Part shown: piece after piece, positions 13,220-24,756 of the stretch
Layout: each line of letters starts with the position of its first letter
How positions within the stretch are numbered: the stretch's first letter is position 1
Origin: Octopus vulgaris
Taxonomy: Eukaryota
Length of the DNA stretch: 64,000 nt
NCBI GenBank assembly: GCA_951406725.2
Contig: OX597826.1
Span: 6,076,001 to 6,140,000 of the forward strand
Direction: 5' to 3'
Position numbers and translations under genes: made by a program
The notes under the pieces: generated by a model
The model's input: only the letters and a program-made list of their open reading frames with translations
What the model was told of the DNA's origin: nothing
Database searches by the model: none

Positions 13220-13800
13220 TGCAAGACTTTTCCCCTTAAAAGCAACAACTGGTTTTAATTTATTAACACCTACAATACAAACATGTACTAAAACGAACCT
13301 GCTTTCCTCATATCCGTTAGTTTTTGCCAATACAGCTTTCTTCTTTTCGTATATATGTTTCTCAGTCCCCTTCTTCGGTTTGCCAAGTTTGAGAGGGGTT
13401 TCTCCCCATGTTGCCAACACTTGATATCACTGAAAGTTTCTTCTGCTGATTTCTGGTTATAAATTGGCGAAACGCTAATATCTCCCACATCAACATCAGC
13501 TGGCATCTCGTGTGCACTCATCGGCACTTTCCTTAAATGAACTTAATTTCCAAAATTCTGCCTTTGATGTTCCGCAGATATTGGCATGACTCATCAATTC
13601 GCATATCATTTATCTTGACATTTCCTGAGTATCTACTCGACAAATTTCTTCTCCATTTGTGACCACTTGCAGTTGATCTAATCACACTTTGATTATAAGA
13701 TTTCAGCAGTTCGTTCGATGTAGTTACTCATTCTCTCGCCAGTTCCTCCAAAAATCCAAATAAACCTGCTGTTACATAGATATATTCCCTTCCAGAAACT
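13220..13800 (-). pseudogene. pogo/Tigger-family DDE transposase remnant
   Basis: ORF 13214-13420 TWGETPLKLGKP...VLAKTNGYEESRFVLVHVCIVGVNKLKPVVAFKGK matches the pogo DDE_1 pattern NMDETP...KT.G.EK.RFTV.L.C...G.KL.P..IFK.K. Frameshifted. Confidence 0.7.
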
Positions 13801-14131
13801 TCAACACATATTTAATTTGAATGCTTAAGCCATTTTCACAAAAATATTTTCAAATAACATGGAAAACTATATTCTCCGAAAATAATGTTAAAATAAAACA
13901 GTCCAACTTTATTCAGTACAAGTTATAGAGGAACTAAAATTAGTTATTTATCCCGGTTGATTTACACTGAACTTTGAACTGAATTCCATGCATTTCCCCG
14001 GTAATTGTGTTCGTATAACAGTAATAATACTAATTTTAAAATAAATACGTTGATGGGGTTTTATCTTTTCTCACTTACAAGACAACACTGTTTACAATTT
14101 ATGATCGTTGATCTAACGTCTAAGGCATGTA

Positions 14132-14466
14132 GCCTGATGGGGTTTTCTATACTTTATGTACGCTTCACAATCAGCAGTATGTTATAGCGAAATATTCTTG
14201 TAAATGCATATGACCTAGCTGACATGATAAATCAATATTTTCTTTTTTCTACATTAATTACACTTGTTATTCCATAATGAATTTCGGAAATCCCTGCTTA
14301 GCAGCTTCTGCAGTAGTTTCTGCTTCAGTACTTGCCCGACTAGTATCATATAAGAGAACTTGCCAAATGGAAAATGTAGAGAAGCCAATACCACAAATAT
14401 GTCGAATCCCTAAGATACAGAGGCATAGAAACACCAGCATTGGTTGTTACGCGGTGAAGTAGGGCA
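14132..14466. repeat. Dispersed repeat, copy 1 (copy 2 at 21941-22318)
   Basis: Near-identical blocks run from GCCTGATGGGGTTTTCTATACTTTATGT to ACGCGGTGAAGTAGGGCA. Confidence 0.9.
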
Positions 14467-14539
14467 GTGAGACAAAGATACACACATGGATACATACAAG
14501 CGCACATACACATACACACACACACAATCACACACACAC

Positions 14540-14583
<44 letters not shown>

Positions 14584-14594
14584 AGAGAGAGAGG

Positions 14595-14748
14595 ACGAAC
14601 CTCGTTCACTTTCCGTCTTCCAACTCTACACACAAGGTTTTGATCAGCCCTGTGCTAGGTAAAAAGACACTTAGCGAAGGTGCCATGAAGTGAGATTGAA
14701 TCCTGAACCACGTGGGTGGGATGCAAACTTCTTACCACACAGCCACAT
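14595..14748 (-). mobile_element. SINE 5' fragment (family of 56410-56826)
   Basis: AAGGTGCCATGAAGTGAGATTGAATCC...CTTACCACACAGCCAC. Confidence 0.7.
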
Positions 14749-14768
14749 CTTGTATGTATATATGTATG

Positions 14769-14802
<34 letters not shown>

Positions 14803-14982
14803 TGTATGTATGTATGTATGTATGTATGTATGCATGTATGTATGGAGGTAGGTAGGTTGGTAGGTAGGTAGGTATATGTATATATATATAAATGTATATC
14901 AGTAATTACATGTGCGTATGGTTGTAGGTACCTCGTTTTGGGACAATTGGTCTTGGTGTCTTTTTGGCAAGAAAAGCAGTAA

Positions 14983-15291
14983 TTGGACAGGTGCTCAGTT
15001 GTAAGCAAAATACTGGGAACGATACAATCGTCTAAACCTCTCGAAAGGCAGCTACGGTTCGCCCTTAATCTAGTGGTCGAAACAACAAGTAAAAGCGTAT
15101 ATATGCAACATTCATTTAATGTGTCACGTTCATTTTTAAAATGTCAAAGTAGGATCCGAATTTTTCACAATTTGATCATATTTAGGCCGGAAGAGACTTC
15201 ATCAAAAGTATCCATGATCAACAAATTATTGGCTGACATCTTCCCGAAGCACATTGGCCAATACCGTCCTTTACGCATTACACGACTGTGA
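14983..15291 (+). pseudogene. Possible P-element/THAP9-like transposase C-terminal remnant
   Basis: LGTIQSSKPLERQLRF...SRSFLKCQSRIRI resembles LGK.QSD.LE.RFG...RQFLE.EKKIR of P-type transposases. Recognised by eye only. Confidence 0.3.
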
Positions 15292-16033
15292 GATTTTAGG
15301 CTGCAAATTGGCGAAAAGTATCGGCCCTTGTATGTAGCAAAGACATGGACGCGTAGAAGTTTTACAGTTTTATCGACTGCTATTTAGTTTATCGACCACC
15401 AGAGATCTGAACACACAACATAAAGGTAAGCATATGTGTGCTATAGTGAATTAATTCGCCTCCACAGATGCTTCCTACTCACTGTCCATGATATATGAAT
15501 AATACAGCTAAATCAATATTATACCGCCAATCATGCATTACCGAACGTAACAGCATAACTGATGTTGCAGGTTTTAAGGTTTTATGCCATTTGCAAAACT
15601 CCTATATTAAAAGCTACATAATACTCTTCGTGTCTATGAAGTATATATGTATGTTATATGCATATATGTATGTGTTTATATATATATATATATGTATGTT
15701 GCATATGTTGATGTATATATGGATGTACGTACATGTATGGATGGATGTATCATCTCCACATTAATAATGTTAGTAAAGTTTGTTTCAATTAATCTTGTTA
15801 ACTATAAGCTGTAGGATAAGAGAAAATAGTCGATGAAAGGGTTTCTGGAGCGGTAATGTAAGATTACATGTATAAAGTTAGATTATGAGAGAATACGAGC
15901 TTGCAGTTATAAAATCATTGCCATTGCACAGCTCATTAGGATTCATTATCACCTCTGATCTTAAGATCAAAGAGTTAACACGATCTAGAATGTACACACA
16001 AAGAGATACACACAGATACACAAAGACAAACAC

Positions 16034-16098
<65 letters not shown>

Positions 16099-16353
16099 AA
16101 CACGTTGACAAACACTCACTCGTCGCAAACACATTGAGACACAGGGATATGCAATCACACACGCACATATATACATACGTTTTATTTTAAGCTGAAATTA
16201 CATAGATTGTGACTATTAGTTTCCCGTTCTGGCCATATTCAACCTTTTATAACCTACTCTGCATACCTGTATTGAGTTCTTCACACCTCTGGATGTTTAC
16301 AACTTTGCGTAACGCCTTCCTACACTCAAACATACATGTGTATGCGCGTATGC

Positions 16354-16424
<71 letters not shown>

Positions 16425-16601
16425 TACATACATACATAGATACATACATATATAAAATATATATATATATATCTTTATATGTATATATACACACACATAT
16501 ATATATATACGTATATACATACATACATGTATACATCACTTTTGTTATATATATATATATATATATATTTATGTATATATCTGTCTATCTATCTATCTAT
16601 C

Positions 16602-16632
<31 letters not shown>

Positions 16633-17641
16633 ATATATATACATATAAGCAAAAAACGTGTATACGTGAAAGAATGAGAGGAGTAATGCTGAAGAAGTGA
16701 GAGATTGATAGAGAGGTGCATCCATACTTTCATATAGAATTATAGCACGGCGTAGGAAAGAGGGAAAATATTCGTGATTGAAATTATACAGATGAATATG
16801 GAAATATATATTTATGAGAATATGTAGATATAGTTAGTTGCATATGCATAGATATAAAGCACAACTAATACACTTGTCTGAATTTATATTTGTTTATGCA
16901 CGTATATACTGCATATGTTTATGTAATTATGCATGTAGATATACATTATATTTTGTGATAAACTGATGCGGAAAAATAATAATGTTTTATCGCAAATGTC
17001 AATGTTTCTGCGTTCGAAACCGATTCAATTTTAATGTTTGTTTTATATTTTCTCATTTGTTACATTTTTGAACAATACATTAAAATTCACTACGGGAACG
17101 GGAAGCCATATAGAGGCAGAGTGATATACGCACAAACATACATGCATTCATTCGTACACACACATACATGCATACATACATTCACTCATAGTTACATACA
17201 CGTATGTATGTACGAATTTGTATGTGCATACAAGACTATAAGTTTTGGGATGGCATTTTTTTATATATATTTTAAATTATAAGCGAAAACAGAATATTCA
17301 AACATATTCATCATCGAAGTAAAATAAATTTTAGATTTATATATATACATATAAATATACATACACTTACATATATATATGTAGACATATGCGTATAATG
17401 GATAAGGTATGTATATAAATATACACACGCATATATTCATATGGACATAATTGATAATGTTTATATGCGTATATATATATATATATACATGTGTGTGTGA
17501 GTGATGTGTATATGTATATATATACAGGTATATATGCATATGTATATATGTGTGTGTATGTGTATGCATGTATATGTACATACGTACACATGCACACACA
17601 AATATGTGTCTCTGTGTAAATAAACACACACACACACACAC

Positions 17642-17688
<47 letters not shown>

Positions 17689-18983
17689 ATATAGATGTCC
17701 GTTCCCAAGCTCATAAGCGCACACAGTTCTTCATATATGCATATATGTACTTATAAAATGTATTTATCATTATTTACAATAGAATTCAACAAGCAGAAGT
17801 TGAAGGGGGAAAAAATGAAAGGAAGACTTAAAAAAGACCATTATAATTCTATAAGTCTGTAAATATATTTAACAATACCATCGACATATTTATATTTGAA
17901 GTTAAATGGCACCTTGTTGTGAATTCAATACTCCAAATGGATGCAATGCCCTTTGTAGAAGGTTTCGTCTTACCCTGAAAGAACATATTAAGTTTGTATA
18001 TGTTTATCATTGTTGTTTAGATGTTGTGGTTTGTTCTTCTTTCAATATTTGTTTTGGAATCGTTTCTTTTTCATTTTTAAATTCAGAATACATTAACTAA
18101 TGGAAACACTTTTTCGTTTTTCTTTTTGTAACTATTGTAGAAAGTTGCTGGTGAGAAATTGAATTTCTTTGAGAGCCTTAAAAAGAAAAACAAAAAAGAA
18201 AAAGAAAGAAAAAGAAAAACGTACTTAGGTTGTAATCTTCATAGTTTATTGATCCTGGATACTTTGATTTCTGAATAAAATAGGAAATATAGTGAAGAAT
18301 TACAGAAAATTGAATTTATAAAGCTCTTTGATTACAAAATATTTGGTAAGATGATAGTAAGAGGAGGAAAGAGAGAGAGAGAAAGAGAGAGAGAGAAAAA
18401 GAAAGAGATGCTTGCAACTTTGTCATGAAGTCGTTTTAAAGAGTCCAACTATAAAAAGAAAATGAAGACACATAGATAGATAATTTGAGAGAAACAGCAA
18501 AAGAGGAGACATTTTATAAAAGAAAGAGAAAAAGATTATCAGTGAAAACAATGAAGAAAATAAAGGTGTTGACAATAATAAAGTTACATACGAGAGGGAG
18601 AAAAGAGAGAGAAAGAGAGAGTTAGAGAAAGAGGCAGTGAGGGGAGAAGTGAAAGAGAGGAAGATTCGATAATAAGAGAGAAAGTATTAAATATATAATG
18701 AATAAATGAATATAAAAATGCACGGAGAACGTTGAGAGAGTTCATGGCAAAGGAATGATTTATGCAAATGGGATGGGGGAAAAACATTTATGAGAGTAAT
18801 GTGAGAGATGGAGAGACTGATAAATATATAGACAATAGTGTAGTACAAATGATAAATAAACGGGAACAGTTTGAAAATGATAAATATAGTGAAGGATTGA
18901 TCTAAACGGATTGACAATATGATGAGTATGGCAAGTATATGTATATATGCACATACGTATTTGTGTATGGGTGTGTGCGTACA

Positions 18984-19020
<37 letters not shown>

Positions 19021-19039
19021 GCGTGCATGCGTGTGTGTG

Positions 19040-19250
19040 TGTATGTCTGTGTCTTTGTAGCTGTGTTTGAATTCACCACCGCTTGACAACTGGTGTTGTG
19101 TTGTTTACGTCCCCCCGAGCATAGCTGTTTGGCAAGAGAGACCCAGGCCATAAATACTGGCCTTAGGAATAAGTTATGGGAGAAAACTCTGCGACGTATT
19201 GCCCCAGCATGTTCGCAGATCAATGATTGAAACAAGTAACAGATAAGAGA
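19040..19250 (+). mobile_element. SINE 3' half (family of 56410-56826)
   Basis: CCGCTTGACAACTGGTGTTG...TTTACGTCCCC...CAGCATG...AATGATTGAAACAAGTAA. Confidence 0.7.
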
Positions 19251-19281
19251 AAAGATACGTGCCCATATATATATATATATA

Positions 19282-20328
19282 CTCCTGGTATCCTTTGATG
19301 TCATCAACCTCTACACCAACATCCCACATGAGTATGGTATAGAGGCAATTGACTTCTGGCTAGAAAAACACCCAGAGACATTCCCCGACCGCATTAACAA
19401 GTCTTTTATTACAGAATCTCTCAAGTTCATTCTGACAAACAATTTTTTTCTCTTCGACGACACACACTACCGTCAAAAATGTGGTATTGCGATGGGTACC
19501 AAGGCTGCACCAGTCCTTGCGAACCTCATAATGGGTTACTTCGAACTGTCACTCTATGAAATATCAAGCCAGAAATTTGGACATGTTTTCCACACCTACC
19601 TAATGGAAAACTGGAAAAGGTATTTAGATGATTGTTTCATCATATGGAAAGAACCTTATGAAAAACTCCTGGAATTCAAAACCATACTAAACAACATACA
19701 TCCCAACATCCAATTCACTATGGAATTAAGCAAACATCATCTCCCATTCCTTGATCTCCTAATTATAAAAACACCTAAGAACCAAATCATAACAGACATC
19801 TACCACAAACCTACAGACTCACAACAATACCTCCTCTTTAGTTCATGCCACCCAAAACACACCAAGACAAATATCCCTTTCAATTTAGCTAAAAGGGTAT
19901 GCACCATTGTCTCGGATCCAAACACACGAGAAATACGCCTTCAAGACCTCAAAAAAACACTATTACAACGTCAATATCCCTCCACCCTTATAGAGTATGG
20001 AATAAAACGCGCCAAAGAACTAGACAACACTACACTGAAAACCACCCAACCTAACACCACACACAACCTCAAAATACTTCCATACATTTCCACCCACAAC
20101 CCCAAAAATATCGAAGCATACACCACAATCATACAAAACCTCAGTCTACTGTCAACAGACCCAAAAATGAAAAACATTATAAATACACACAAAATCCTCA
20201 AATGTAAAAGGCAACACAAATCTTTTAAAAAAACTCTTGACAAATGCCAAACTCCACACACCACATCCACCCCCAACAGTAAAAAAATGTGCACGCTCAA
20301 ACTGTGGTACCTGCCCTTTTCTACTTGA
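19282..20328 (+). CDS. Penelope-type reverse transcriptase (N-terminally truncated)
   Basis: In frame from 19282: LLVSFDVINLYTNIP...QKCGIAMGTKAAPVLANLIMG...WKRYLDDCFIIW...IQFTME...LPFLDL...DIYHKPTDSQQYL..SSCHP. Confidence 0.92.
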   Translation, partial: LLVSFDVINLYTNIPHEYGIEAIDFWLEKHPETFPDRINKSFITESLKFILTNNFFLFDDTHYRQKCGIAMGTKAAPVLANLIMGYFELSLYEISSQKFGHVFHTYLMENWKRYLDDCFIIWKEPYEKLLEFKTILNNIHPNIQFTMELSKHHLPFLDLLIIKTPKNQIITDIYHKPTDSQQYLLFSSCHPKHTKTNIPFNLAKRVCTIVSDPNTREIRLQDLKKTLLQRQYPSTLIEYGIKRAKELDNTTLKTTQPNTTHNLKILPYISTHNPKNIEAYTTIIQNLSLLSTDPKMKNIINTHKILKCKRQHKSFKKTLDKCQTPHTTSTPNSKKMCTLKLWYLPFST

Positions 20329-20692
20329 AGGCTCTGAATTTACCTTCAAACAAGGTACGAAGTTTAAAATTAAGACTAACTTCTCCTGTTCCTCCGAGAA
20401 CCTTATCTACGTTCTCACATGCGCTGGTTGCCAACATAATTATGTTGGACAAACGAGTCTCCCGTTGCGTAAACGAGTAACGGTGCATAAAGAACAAATA
20501 AATCTCCCGGAATACCGACAAATTCCACTGAGTGACCACTTAGACTCATGTGCCAAAGACTTAAACCCCAAATTCTTTATATTCCCCTTCTACCAATGTA
20601 AAGACGGGATCACCACACAGGAGAGAATTAACAAGGAGAATCTCTTTATTGAAAAATTCCAAACACAACTTAACATGCAAACTCCTCGTTGA
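20237..20692 (+). CDS. Cys-rich linker plus GIY-YIG endonuclease of the Penelope-like element (+1 frame relative to RT)
   Basis: CARSNCGTCPFL...CSSENLIYVLTCAGCQHNYVGQT...RKRVTVH...DHL...KENLFI...LN. Confidence 0.9.
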   Translation: MTNAKLHTPHPPPTVKKCARSNCGTCPFLLEGSEFTFKQGTKFKIKTNFSCSSENLIYVLTCAGCQHNYVGQTSLPLRKRVTVHKEQINLPEYRQIPLSDHLDSCAKDLNPKFFIFPFYQCKDGITTQERINKENLFIEKFQTQLNMQTPR

Positions 20693-21325
20693 TCAAACTT
20701 CCTTTTTCTACCTCACTCTTCATGGATGGACTAACACAAATATATAAAGATACCATGCATTCATCACTTCAAGCTAAAACTTATATTCTTTAAATATCAT
20801 TTTTACTATTGTTGTTATTACTATAATTTTTATTATAAATGATATGACAATTTGAAATGCAATTGTCTATGCAGATTTATATAATTAGAAAATAATATAA
20901 ATAAAGTGTTAAAATCTGAAAGTTAAGTTAACAAGCAATTATATAAAAAAGATAACGCAAATGAAGCTAAAATGATAATTTTATAATTTGGGTTTTACCA
21001 TATTATTGAAGAACTCAAAAGAGTTGTCTCCCCTTACTCACAACACAGGAACTGAAGAACCACAATTACTACTACTTCCTCTCCTGCCAACATGCTGAAT
21101 TAAACCACACAACACATGCTCTTAATCCCTTTGGATCTTAATACCTCAGGGTAATTTTTTCGTGAACAATCATAAAACTCAAGATACACAACGAACTCAC
21201 AATGTATCGGAGTACTTATTTTTTTAATTTTTGTACATTTTTATCATTATTCTTTTGCAAAAAACAATGCAATTTTCTTTATTTCCCCTTTCTAAATTAA
21301 AAAAAAAAACGTTTTAAAACATAAA

Positions 21326-21366
21326 TATTCTTGACAAGTCATACAATGACGAAAACCGGTTGAATA
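21326..21366 (+). ncRNA. Minimal hammerhead ribozyme motif in the Penelope 3' pseudo-LTR (U3-A8 variant)
   Basis: TATTC-TTGACAA-GTCA TACAA TGAC-GAAA-ACCGGT-T-GAATA. Stem I is TATTC/GAATA, stem II is GTCA/TGAC, and stem III is palindromic. Confidence 0.65.
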
Positions 21367-21456
21367 AATATATATTTATATATTTTATCAATTTCTCATT
21401 TTATTAAAATTTTCTTTCATTTGAGCATTCTGCATTTTTAAAAAAAGTTTTCCCTA

Positions 21457-21555
<99 letters not shown>

Positions 21556-21613
21556 TATATATATATGTGTTTGTGTGTATGTGTGTGTGTGTGTCTGTGT
21601 ATATACATATATC

Positions 21614-21648
<35 letters not shown>

Positions 21649-21650
<2 letters not shown>

Positions 21651-21765
21651 AGGCGCAGTGGTCCAGTGGGTTAGGGTAGCGGACTTGTAGTCGTAGGATC
21701 GCGGTTTCGATTCCCAGACCGGGCGTTATGAGTGTTTATTGAGCAAAAACACCTAAAACTCCACG
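21649..21765 (+). mobile_element. SINE head fragment (tRNA-like)
   Basis: GGAGGCGCAGTGGTCCAGTGGGTTAGGGTAGCGGACT...GGTTTCGATTCCCAGACCGGG...AAAACACCTAAAACTCCACG. Confidence 0.8.
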
Positions 21766-21940
21766 ATGTGCAGTTTATTTACGATTCAATTCAGTACATT
21801 ATCACTGTAGATTTGAGCATGAAACTTGAGTCTTCCACGTTTGAGCCCAAATTAGTTTCAGGTGACTAAAAAGTCACTCGGGTTTCAGTTCCACTAGATT
21901 TCCTTAAGAACAAGGAAATATTTTTGACATCTTTGCGCAG

Positions 21941-22318
21941 GCCTGATGGGGTTTTCTATACTTTATGTGCTCTGCACAATCAGCAGTATGTTATAGCGAA
22001 ATATTCTTGTAAATGCATATGACCTAACTGACATGATAAATCAATCTTTTCTTTTTTCTACATTAATTACAGTTGTTCTTCCATAATGAATTTCGGAAGT
22101 CCCTATCCTAATGTTTCAGGTTCATTAAAAGCTCTCGGCAACTTCTATTTCTGCTCAGCAGTAATTCCTACTTCAGCATTTGCCCGTCTAGTGTCATATA
22201 AGAGAACTTGCCAAGTGGAAACTGTATAGAAGCCAATACCACAAATATGCCGAATCCCTAAGATAGATAAAGAGGCGTAGAAACACCAATACTGGTTCTT
22301 ACGCGGTGAAGTAGGGCA
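21941..22318. repeat. Dispersed repeat, copy 2 (copy 1 at 14132-14466)
   Basis: Direct sequence match, same orientation, with an extra internal segment relative to copy 1. Confidence 0.9.
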
Positions 22319-23384
22319 TGCTTTTGGAAAAAGTTGATGTAGATTATCTGTAGAGCTTTATCCGTTTTAGTCAATTAGACGATCACACGCTATACACGTT
22401 CCTTCCACGCACTGCTGTAAAGAGGGGACGTGAGCTATAGCATCAAAATTTAGTGCGCCTGTATATCAAAGTTCAACCGACTTTTCTCTGCGTGCGTTAG
22501 CTTTGCTACTATAGCAACAGTCCTGATACTTATTGATGAGACCACGTATTGTTCTGATAATAATTCAGTGAAATTTAAACAGGAATGTTACGGATGGAAC
22601 AATAACTTCATAGACCTACTTAGTGAATACCGAGGGAAAAACATATCCAACATATTCAGTAATGGAATGTAGTCATTTTTAGGCAGACTCAGATTAAACC
22701 TAATGTCTGAAGATTCTTCGTCACTATTATTCTAAGACTTGGAGATAAAGAAATTATGTTTTCAAGAAACAAATTTTATAAAGGAAGCAATTTCACAGTT
22801 CATAGAATTGTACCGAATTTTATTGATATCAGCATTCATATATGCATTCATGTGTATAATTATAGTTGATTTTGAACTATATTTGACCGGCATATATTTT
22901 AATTCATCATTCTAAGCATTGAATTCGTAATATATTCATATATGAATTATATTTTATTTCTAATTTATCACCACATATTTAATTTTCCATTGGCAGGCAT
23001 AACTAATCCTATTAAATTAATGATTTCTTCATTTGTCATTAATGGTCCGAGGGCCCACTGATAATAATATATGTTCTCTGCCAGAAAAACGGCCAATCTG
23101 TCAATCTGTCTCTAAACATTAATGTCTAACTCTGACCCAAAATATTTCTGTACACTCTATCACTTTTCCCTCTCATTCTTTGCGTGCATTTATATTATTC
23201 ATACACATACGTACACACGCATCCATATATACACATATATATTCATATGTATATACATACATACACACAGCCACAGAGATACACACAGACACAAACACAC
23301 GTATATAACTTACTTATAGATACACACATATATATATATACAGAAATGTGTTTGTACGTATATATATTCTTTTATTTTATTCTT

Positions 23385-23535
23385 TTACTTCTTTCAATCA
23401 TTTAACTGGGGACCATGCTGGAGCACCGCTTTAAAGAGTGTTAGTCAAAGATATTGGACCTTGGAATTATTCTTTGTAAGCCTAGTACTTATCTTATTCG
23501 TGCCTTTTGCCGAACCGTTAAGTTACAGGGGCATG
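23385..23535 (-). mobile_element. SINE 3' fragment (family of 56410-56826)
   Basis: CCATGCTGGAGCACCGC...CTTTGTAAGCCTAGTACTTAT...TTTTGCCGAACCG. Confidence 0.75.
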
Positions 23536-23646
23536 GACTCATAGGCACACATACGCACGCAGGCACACACACACACGCTCAAACACTCACACACACAAAT
23601 ACACACGCACACACGCACACACGCGCGCACGCACGCACACACAGAA

Positions 23647-23679
<33 letters not shown>

Positions 23680-23871
23680 ATATATATATATCAACTTTCA
23701 TAGAACCTCTCAGTGATGACCGCACTCCATCCTAGATGAGATCATCAATTTTGAAATCATTTCATTTGAATGGTAAATGATAAATGGTTTGATAAATAAA
23801 TAAATACGCTAAATAAATAAATGGAAGTCAATATTGAAGTGGGGGTCACTTCCCCTCTCATTACCTCTCAC

Positions 23872-23997
<126 letters not shown>

Positions 23998-24291
23998 CAC
24001 CAATCTATCTATCTACTTGTCCAGGAATCTCACCCCCACATAAAAAAGCAATGTTCTCCTCTTCTAAACAAAACTAAAATACATATGTTTTTATATAAAT
24101 AAACAACCTGTTTGTATATTCACGGAGAAAAATTGTATATTCACAGAAAAACGAACGAAAGTGCTAATAATAATGACTAAATGAATAAAAAACATTATTT
24201 TACCCAAATTCTGGCGACCTCAATCTTTTTTTCAGTATGAAGAGTAGATATTACCTGTCCTGTTCTCAATTTTGTATCTCTCACTTATTTC

Positions 24292-24715
24292 ACGCTCACA
24301 GCTGCACCTGTGTTGCTTTTCCCCCTTCTTCCCTCCCTCGTGAAGCTGTGGGGAAGGGAGTGTAAGGAAATCAACGTCGTAATGCGTTGTCAAGGAGACC
24401 AGCGTTCTTTTAGAACAACGACTTCATGGCTTGAAGACACCAAAACAGAAATGGCTAAGAAAGCGTCTACATGAGTCTACGATTTAAAAAAAAATTTACC
24501 ATCATTTTTTCCATTTTAATGCATTTTTTCGCTATTATATAAGGGAAGTAACTCTCTAAAAATGTCTACGATGAGTCAACGATTTAAAAAAAATTACCAT
24601 CATTTTTTATTCCATTTTTAATGCATTTTTTTGCTATTTTTTTGCTATAACTCTCTAAAAATGCTTATATAGTTATTTCCCTTACAAACTCGAGCAACGC
24701 CGGGGGATACTGCTA

Positions 24716-24756
<41 letters not shown>

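Larger units (their letters stand above)
19282..21457 (+). mobile_element. Penelope-like retroelement, 5'-truncated, inserted in (TA)n
   Basis: RT and GIY-YIG coding region, followed by about 760 nt of 3' region with a hammerhead motif and AATAAA. (TA)n on both sides. Confidence 0.93.

Noticed and set aside
13288-13527. C2H2 zinc-finger gene suggested by HGEKP
   Set aside because: No Cys/His spacing; the adjacent frame matches a pogo transposase motif.
16960-17030. CTGATG...GAAACCGATT hammerhead-like spacing
   Set aside because: Core incomplete and stems not convincing.
15878-17756. Many [12 protein letters not shown] ORFs (also 35341-37176 and 40971-42115)
   Set aside because: Translations of (TA)n, (TG)n and (TCTA)n microsatellites.
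20221-20240. Programmed ribosomal frameshift between RT and GIY-YIG
   Set aside because: The shift needed is +1, and PLEs normally have a single ORF; a homopolymer indel or sequencing error is simpler.
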